Source: Micromonas sp.
Taxonomy: Eukaryota
Reading direction: 5' to 3'
Assembly (NCBI GenBank): GCA_000090985.2
Contig: CP001325.1
Coordinates: 371,041-403,040 of the forward strand
Length of the DNA stretch: 32,000 nucleotides
Shown: positions 26,248 to 32,000 of the stretch, piece after piece
How the letters are laid out: every line of letters starts with the position of its first letter
Numbering within the stretch: the first letter of the stretch is position 1
The notes under the pieces: generated by a model
What the model was told of the DNA's origin: nothing
Database searches by the model: none
The model's input: only the letters and a program-made list of their open reading frames with translations
Made by a program: the position numbers and the translations under genes

Positions 26248-26413
26248 CTCCTCGATGTTCCTTTCTTCGGGTCCACGTTGTGAGAAAACGCGTTCAGCGC
26301 CGACATCGACCAACGTTGACAGAGTCGGCACGCGGTTATCGAGGGCAAACTCTCTGGCGAAGTAGACCGTCTCCGCTGACCCGAGCGCGGAAGATCGAAC
26401 CGGAGCGACCGAG

Positions 26414-26468
26414 ATGGAGCCGCCTCAGGCGAGGGGGAGATTCCAGCAGGCGGTGCAGGAGATACAAG
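26414..26468 (+). CDS. CorA-like Mg2+ transporter, exon 1
   Basis: ATG at 26414. MEPPQARGRFQQAVQEIQ is followed by 1 nt (G), then the donor |GTGCGCGC at 26469. Confidence 0.65.
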
Positions 26469-26563
26469 GTGCGCGCATCATCGGAACCGCCGCCCCGCCG
26501 CGCTTTTTTCTGGGCTGCATCGTTCATTGACGTAACAATCCCCCCGCCCCTCGCAATGCGCAG
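26469..26563 (+). other. CorA-like gene intron (95 nt, phase 1)
   Basis: Donor CAAG|GTGCGC, a T-run, TTGAC 32 nt before the acceptor, pyrimidine tract CCCCCCGCCCC, acceptor TGCGCAG|CC at 26563. G + CC restores a GCC (Ala) codon in the long frame. Confidence 0.7.
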
Positions 26564-28137
26564 CCACCGCGATCGCGCCGAAGAAGAAGCGACTGTTCGC
26601 GCCCGCCCAGCCCAAGCCCAAGAAGATCACGCGGTCCGAGGCGAAGAAGGAGGAGGAGCTCAACACGTTCACCAAGCTCACGGTCGATTACCTCAACAAC
26701 AAGCACGCCGACGTCGAGCCGGAGTCCAATCCCAAGGTGTACTACAGCGAATACGCCAACCTCCGGAACACCCCGGGGCGGCTCGTCGAGCCCGAGACGG
26801 ACGAGGAGGTGCTCGCCCTGTTTGATGAGGTCGCGGACGCGCCGCCGCGTCCGAACGTCGTCTCGTGGTTCCACGTTGAGGGCGTCAACGACGCGGTCAT
26901 CCGCGAGTTTTTCGTTAAGATGAAGCTGAGGCTCCCATCTCCGTCCCTCTCTCCCCCCTCCCCTTCTTCCGGGCCTTCAGGGAACGGAGGAGGTAAGGCG
27001 ACGAGGAAGGGCGACGACGCGGTCGCCTTGTTCTTCAAGAGGCACCGCGAGCCGAGGCTGAGGTTCTTCGGCACGCACATGTACCTCGCCATGCAGCTGC
27101 TGGACAGGAACGACTCCGAGGGCGACATACCGATGGTGAGCGACCAGCAGGTGTCCGTGCTCTTCGTCCCCAACCGCAGGCTCGTCCTCACGGTGAGCGA
27201 GTACGCCAGCCCGGGGACCGACTTCGACCGGCTGCGCGAGCAGCTGGTGCAGGGATCCAGCGCGTGCAACCACCCCAACGCGGACGCCACCCTCCTGTTG
27301 GCGGTGCTCGCGGACAAGTTCATGGAGGACTCCTTCCCGCTGGCGGAGGAACTCGGCGATTATCTCGAACTCCTCGCGCACGCGCTCATCATGAAACCCG
27401 GGTTGCGGTACAACATACCCGCCGATAAGGTGAGGACCGAGCTGTGGCGCATGCGCCGGTTCGCACTGAGGACCAGGCGTCTGACGGAGATACTGCAGGA
27501 GGATCCGCTGCAGCTCTTCGAGAACGCGCGGTTCCAGAGCTTCATGGCCGTGGTGGAGCGACAGGCGCAGTCGCTGGCGGAGCTCTGCCACATGTACAAC
27601 GAGCGGTGCGGTAACATCATATCGCGCATCGAGGTGCACCAGACGACGAAGACCAACGAGACGTTGTTCACGCTGACGATCATCACCGCGCTGATCATCC
27701 CGGTGCAGTTCCTGACCGGCGTCTACGGCATGAACTTTGAGAACATGCCGGAGCTGAGAACCACGTACGGCTACTACGTCTTCTGGGCGGCGGTTCCCAC
27801 GCTGTGCACGTTCACCTACCTGATGCTTCGACGCAAGGGCCTGATCGAGGACGATTCTGACATCAGAATCGCGCAGCTGATGCCCGCGGAGGTGGTGTCC
27901 GCCGTGAGCTTCATATCGAAGAGGGCCAAGAGGACGGTGCGGGCGGCGGGGGCGGGCGCGGCGAAGGTTGCGGCGTCTGGCGCAAAGGCGGCAAAGGGGG
28001 TGGCGACTGGGGCGAAAAAGGCGGGGACCGCGGTGAGCGTGACGATCAAAAGCGCGAGCCCGAGGTTCAGCGGCGGAGGGGGAAGCGGAAGCGGAAGCGG
28101 AAGCTCGATGCCGCCGACGCCAAAGAACGCCGCCTAG
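26564..28137 (+). CDS. CorA-like Mg2+/divalent cation transporter, exon 2
   Basis: The track start at 26737 is a GTG. The frame is open back to 26536 without any ATG, so an upstream exon is required. The C-terminus has two TM helices flanking the signature FTLTIITALIIPVQFLTGVYGMNFENMPEL (GMN at 27727-27735). TAG is at 28135-28137. Confidence 0.85.
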
Positions 28138-28194
28138 TAGTTAAGAGAGAGCCAAAACCGTCGCGTTCATTCGAATCGTCCGAGTCGTCAGTCG

Positions 28195-30873
28195 TCAGTT
28201 TCCACCCTCCCCGTCCACGTACATGTTCACCAGATCCGCCTTTTTCACCCCGCGCTTCCCCGCGTACAGGTGCGCGAGGCCCATCGTCTGCAGTTTGTGC
28301 TTCAGCTGCGCCACGGTCATCGCCTGGGCCTCCTCGCGCTTATCCTCCTCGGGCTCGGCCTCCGCTTCATCCGCCTCATCCGCTTCATCCGCCTTGGCGT
28401 CGTCGATCGGCGCCTCCGACGCGTCCACGAATTCGGGTTCCTCATCCTCGACTATCGGGTCGGGAGACTTCTCCCTGCGTCGCTTGGACGGCGACGGCGA
28501 CGGCGCCCGCGCATCCGCGACGCCCGCGTTCGGCGAAACCTCGCCGCCGACGCCGCCGCCGACGCCAAACTTTGCCTCCGCCTCGGCGCGCCATTTGTTC
28601 ATCAGATCATCCGACGAGCCGTGGGACTTGCGAGGCGGCGATACGAGCGTCCCGCTCTTCCTCAGCTCCTCCAGACGGGTCTCCGCGTACGCCGCGCGCT
28701 TCTCAGCCTCCGCCGCGCGCCGCTCCGCGTCCCGCCTGGCGCCATCCGCCGCCGCCGCCCTAGCGGATGCCTGCGCCCTCCACTCCGACTCCGTAGCGCT
28801 CGCCTTTGCCCTCGCGTCCCTAGCCGCGCTCTCCGCCGCCTCCCGCGCGCGTTCCGCCTCCCCGAGCGCGGCGCGCATTCGCGCCAGCTCGTTCTCGAGC
28901 TGCGACGCGGCGCCGTCGCGCGCGGCGCGCAGCGCGGTGGAATCCGATCGAGCCGACGCGAGTTCGCGCTCGAGCCTCTGCGAATTTTCCGCCGCCGCCT
29001 CCGCTCGCTTACGCTCCGCGTCGATCGCCTCCCTCAGACTCGCCTCCCGACTCGACGCCCCCGCCTCGGTCATCTTGAACTCGCTGCGCGCGTGTTGCAG
29101 CGCGAGCGACGCTTTGGCAGCCTCCTCCCTCGCGCGCGATTCGCACTCTTTCCGCGCCGACTCCGCCGTTCTCGCCGCATCCTCCGCTTTTCGCCTCGCA
29201 TCCGCCTCGGCGCTCGCGCGCGTCTCCGCGTTCCTCGCCCTCGCGTCCATCTCCCGGACCCTCGCGTCGAGCTCCGCGACCCTTCGCTCCATCTCGCTCG
29301 CCGTGGCGGCCGCGCTCTCCGCCTTTTGCCGCTCCATCGCGCACTCGGAGCGAACGGCGGCGAGCGCCTTCTCGGCGAGGGCGGCCAGCGCGAACTTCTG
29401 GCAATCGCGCAAAAAAACGCACAGGCGATCGTGCGCGCTCGGGCCGTCCGCCTCTCCGAGGTAGGCGTCCACCTCGGAGTCGATGCGCTTGAGGACGTCC
29501 GCGATTTTCGCGTCCGGGGCGTTCGCGCACCCCATCACCCGCGTCGCCGCGGCGGCGAGCAGCTCCGAGCATCGCGCCGCCGCGCTCGCTCGGCGCTTCT
29601 CGCGGTACTCCCCGAACCGGACCTTTAACGCGTGTTCCAGCTTGGCGCACGCCGCGGCGCGCGTCTCGGTGTCGCCCACCGCGCGCTGTTCGAACGCGAG
29701 ACGCGCGCGCTCCACCGCGCGCTCGTGGCACGCCGAGAGCTTGGCGTCATCCGCGGGACAGGAGTCGGCGGATGCGAAAAACGCCTCGGCGTACGCCGAC
29801 TCGCCCTCCTCGACGGCTTTGCCGCACTCGCTCTCCGCCACGCTCTGCCACGCGGTGGCGATCGCGGGCACCGCCCCGGCGTTGATCGCGGCGACGTACT
29901 GCGTCGCCATGGCGGCGAGCGCGGGGCCGTTGAGGACGTCGGAACCCACCCGCTTGGCGCGGCACCGATCGAAGAGCAACTCGACGAGCGAGTCGAGCCC
30001 CGCGATGAACTCCGGTCGAAGCTGCGACCGGGGCACGGCGTCCAGGTTCCGGAGCTGTTTCTCGTCGTTTACCGGGCGGACGAGCGGGAAGCACTCGCGC
30101 TCGGGGAAGAGCCCGCGGATGGACTCGCGGATGGCGTTCTTCGCGACGGCGCCGGTCGATCCCCCGTCGACTGTCGGGACGTTTCTCAGCGCCGACTCGA
30201 GGTAGTCCGCGGCGGAGATGCGACCGCCGCTGTCCGGGTCGTTCAGGTCGAGGTAAAAGTCCCGGAGGAGCCACACGAACGACGGCGAGAAGGCGCCGAG
30301 CTCGCGGACGCCGCCGCGGCCCGGGGCGGCGGCGCCAGTCTCGGACCTGACGCGGATGTGCTTGGTCATCTCGGTGACGAGGGAGAGGCGATCGAGCGCG
30401 GCTTCGTCGATGCCGCCCATCTGGTTGTAGCAGAACAGGGACGATAGCAGCACGGCCATGGAGAAGATCTGCGTGCTGTACTGGCCCGTCTGGTCGTACG
30501 CGTCGATGCCCTCGGTGTCCAGGAGCACGACGTGGAACGCCTTGCCGGTGACCGGGTCCACGCGCCGGATGGGCGCGGACCAGATCCACAGCCCCTTGGT
30601 GCACGGCCGGACGGTCGGACCCACCTTAAATCCCGCGTCGTTCCCGGCGCTGCACAGCTGGTTGAGGATGTAGCTCTTGCCCTGACGCGCGCGCCCGCAC
30701 ACCGCGAGCACGCCGACGTCGCCGCGGATCTGGCGCAGCGCCTCGAGCGCCTCGGAGCCGAGCTCGAACTTTTTGGTCCGTTCGTCGTACTGAAGCAGGT
30801 GCAGTGGCTTGCCGACCGGGGGCGGCGCCGTCGCGGAGGCCTTGCCAGACTTGGAAGGGCTGAAGAAGCCCAT
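28195..30873 (-). CDS. guanylate-binding-protein (GBP) family large GTPase with long coiled coil and C-terminal SAP/HeH-like motif
   Basis: The track start at 31038 is a GTG. The first ATG is at 30873 (MGFFSPSKSGK..). The GBP N-domain is VLAVCGRARQGKSYILNQL (P-loop)..TKGLWIWS..VLLDTEGIDAYDQTGQYSTQIFSMAVLLSSLFCYNQMGGIDEAALDRLSLVTEMTKHI. The A/E/R-rich coiled coil spans about 28650-29400. The tail is MTVAQLKHKLQTMGLAHLYAGKRGVKKADLVNMYV. Confidence 0.9.
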   Translation of the reverse strand: MGFFSPSKSGKASATAPPPVGKPLHLLQYDERTKKFELGSEALEALRQIRGDVGVLAVCGRARQGKSYILNQLCSAGNDAGFKVGPTVRPCTKGLWIWSAPIRRVDPVTGKAFHVVLLDTEGIDAYDQTGQYSTQIFSMAVLLSSLFCYNQMGGIDEAALDRLSLVTEMTKHIRVRSETGAAAPGRGGVRELGAFSPSFVWLLRDFYLDLNDPDSGGRISAADYLESALRNVPTVDGGSTGAVAKNAIRESIRGLFPERECFPLVRPVNDEKQLRNLDAVPRSQLRPEFIAGLDSLVELLFDRCRAKRVGSDVLNGPALAAMATQYVAAINAGAVPAIATAWQSVAESECGKAVEEGESAYAEAFFASADSCPADDAKLSACHERAVERARLAFEQRAVGDTETRAAACAKLEHALKVRFGEYREKRRASAAARCSELLAAAATRVMGCANAPDAKIADVLKRIDSEVDAYLGEADGPSAHDRLCVFLRDCQKFALAALAEKALAAVRSECAMERQKAESAAATASEMERRVAELDARVREMDARARNAETRASAEADARRKAEDAARTAESARKECESRAREEAAKASLALQHARSEFKMTEAGASSREASLREAIDAERKRAEAAAENSQRLERELASARSDSTALRAARDGAASQLENELARMRAALGEAERAREAAESAARDARAKASATESEWRAQASARAAAADGARRDAERRAAEAEKRAAYAETRLEELRKSGTLVSPPRKSHGSSDDLMNKWRAEAEAKFGVGGGVGGEVSPNAGVADARAPSPSPSKRRREKSPDPIVEDEEPEFVDASEAPIDDAKADEADEADEAEAEPEEDKREEAQAMTVAQLKHKLQTMGLAHLYAGKRGVKKADLVNMYVDGEGGN

Positions 30874-31196
30874 CGTCGCGCGCCTCGAGTTACGCCGGGT
30901 CTCCGACGGTCGCGAGACTGGAGAGCGCCCGAAAGAGTGCTGTTCGTCGAGATCGCCCGCACCCCCAGCTTCGGGTTTGACAAACGCCAGCTGTGAACGA
31001 AGGTTTGAATCCGAGATAATTCGCAATTCCCAGCGCACGCGGAAACAGTCAGAGCGGTCCCCTCCTCTAACTCCAAAGCCGATTCACAGGCCGCGGCTGC
31101 GCGGATTTCGCCTCGGCAGCCCGGAGCAGCGTCAGCATCACAATTGTGCACGCGCCTGGGCACCGCCAGCCAGCCAGCCAACCAGCCGGAGGCACC

Positions 31197-32000
31197 ATGA
31201 ACTCCGGCCATGGCTACAGCCCGCCGCACGACCAGCTCTTTATGAGCATCGTGCCCGGCCACCACGGCATGCTCCAGCCCCCGCCGAACATGGGCCACCC
31301 GGGCCTCCCCGGCCAACCGATGCCCCCTCCGGGCGGCTCGATGGGTGCGAACCACCTGGACGTCCACGCGCACCTCGGGCCGCACCCCGGCGGCATGCCC
31401 GCGCAACACACCACCCTCGCGCAGCACGGCGCGCTGCTCCACCCGCACGACAGGATCCGCCTGCGCGCGTGCCCGGTGCCCGGATGCGACTTCGTGACGA
31501 ACCAAGGTCGCGCGCGGTTGGAGAAGCACCTCGCCACGCACGGCAGCGAGAAGCCGTTCAAGTGCGAGCACGAGGGATGCGGCAAGGCGTTCAAGACGTC
31601 GGAACACCTCAAGCAGCACGCGAGGTGCCACGCCACCGAACGCAACTTTCGGTGCGCCAGGCCGCTGTGCGAGGACCACGAGGCTTTCAAGTCGCTGCCC
31701 GAGCTGAGGCTTCACGAGAGCCGAATGCACACGCTCGACAAGGCGGAGGGAAGGGAGATGAAGCTGAAAGAGAAGGTGGCGAAGATGGAGGCGGACGCGG
31801 AGAGCGCCCGGAAGGACAACGCGACGCTGCGGAAAGCCGTGGAGCTGCTGCAGGCGACGCTGAAGGAAGCCACAGCGCCGAGGAGGCCGAGGAAGCGTAA
31901 GGGCGGCGGCGGACACGAGGACGGGGACGCGGGGAAAGAGAAGGGGGACGCGGGAAAAGACAAGGGGGACGCGCGTCTCGAGCGTCAGAACGAGGTCAAC
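31197..32000 (+). CDS. C2H2 zinc-finger protein (three C-x4-C fingers) with coiled coil; 3' end beyond the window
   Basis: Absent from the ORF track (no stop in the window). CACCATGA context at 31197. I translated all 268 codons to 32000 without a stop. The fingers are CPVPGCDFVTNQGRARLEKHLATH, FKCEHEGCGKAFKTSEHLKQHARCH and FRCARPLCEDHEAFKSLPELRLHESRMH. A K/E-rich helix and a basic PRRPRKRKG patch follow. Confidence 0.8.
   Translation, partial: MNSGHGYSPPHDQLFMSIVPGHHGMLQPPPNMGHPGLPGQPMPPPGGSMGANHLDVHAHLGPHPGGMPAQHTTLAQHGALLHPHDRIRLRACPVPGCDFVTNQGRARLEKHLATHGSEKPFKCEHEGCGKAFKTSEHLKQHARCHATERNFRCARPLCEDHEAFKSLPELRLHESRMHTLDKAEGREMKLKEKVAKMEADAESARKDNATLRKAVELLQATLKEATAPRRPRKRKGGGGHEDGDAGKEKGDAGKDKGDARLERQNEVN

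Noticed and set aside
26900-27010. Possible intron in the CorA-like gene: a strong-looking acceptor CTCTCTCCCCCCTCCCCTTCTTCCGGGCCTTCAG at about 26950-26985, and a GTAAG at about 26990
   Set aside because: The acceptor is phase 1, but every upstream GT candidate I checked in the coding frame is phase 0. The GTTAAG..CAG span is 67 nt, which is not a multiple of 3. I kept it as a Pro/Ser-rich coding loop.
28223-29628. 413-aa and 452-aa plus-strand ORFs; also the 516-aa minus ORF at 30366-31916 and the 363-aa plus ORF at 30809-31900
   Set aside because: They are antisense to, or out of frame with, the GBP and C2H2 genes. The products are Ser/Ala/Arg-rich with no motifs. This is a GC-rich mirror-ORF artefact.
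1-32000. A prokaryote-style defence system, operon, CRISPR array, prophage or transposon, as suggested by the task framing
   Set aside because: The gene families, introns, Pol III-type tRNA genes and alternating gene orientation show this is eukaryotic nuclear DNA. I saw no transposase, integrase or reverse-transcriptase ORFs, no LTR/TIR pairs and no repeat-spacer arrays. Claiming such a system would be unsupported.

Overview
GC-rich (about two-thirds G+C by eye), intron-poor, very gene-dense eukaryotic nuclear DNA. The gene content points to a flagellate prasinophyte green alga (Mamiellophyceae, Micromonas-like): MO25, TilB/LRRC6 dynein assembly factor, LIL3, a guanylate-binding protein, a CBM20 starch-binding protein, and eukaryote-type tRNA-Pro genes without encoded CCA and with oligo-T terminators. 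The GTGCG..CTGAC..AG introns agree. I cannot name the species from sequence alone. I can support 15 protein-coding genes, 2 tRNA-Pro genes, 4 phase-consistent introns plus 1 candidate, and many in-frame micro/minisatellites. Two of the genes are cut by the window edges and are therefore missing from the ORF track. The track also calls GTG/TTG codons as M, so several ORF starts had to be corrected. I saw no rRNA, CRISPR array, transposase/integrase or prokaryote-style operon or defence island, and I will not claim one. The most interesting items are: (1) a transit-peptide/TM/long coiled-coil/CBM20 protein that looks like a plastid starch-granule scaffold; (2) a GBP-type GTPase ending in a SAP/HeH-like motif; (3) a BAG6-like UBL protein carrying a ZZ finger, whose UBL is only complete after splicing; (4) a LIL3 gene that needs a 27-nt microexon; (5) clustered ACGT-core palindromes and an inverted CCAAT pair in promoters. 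Whether any of these is novel cannot be judged without database searches.
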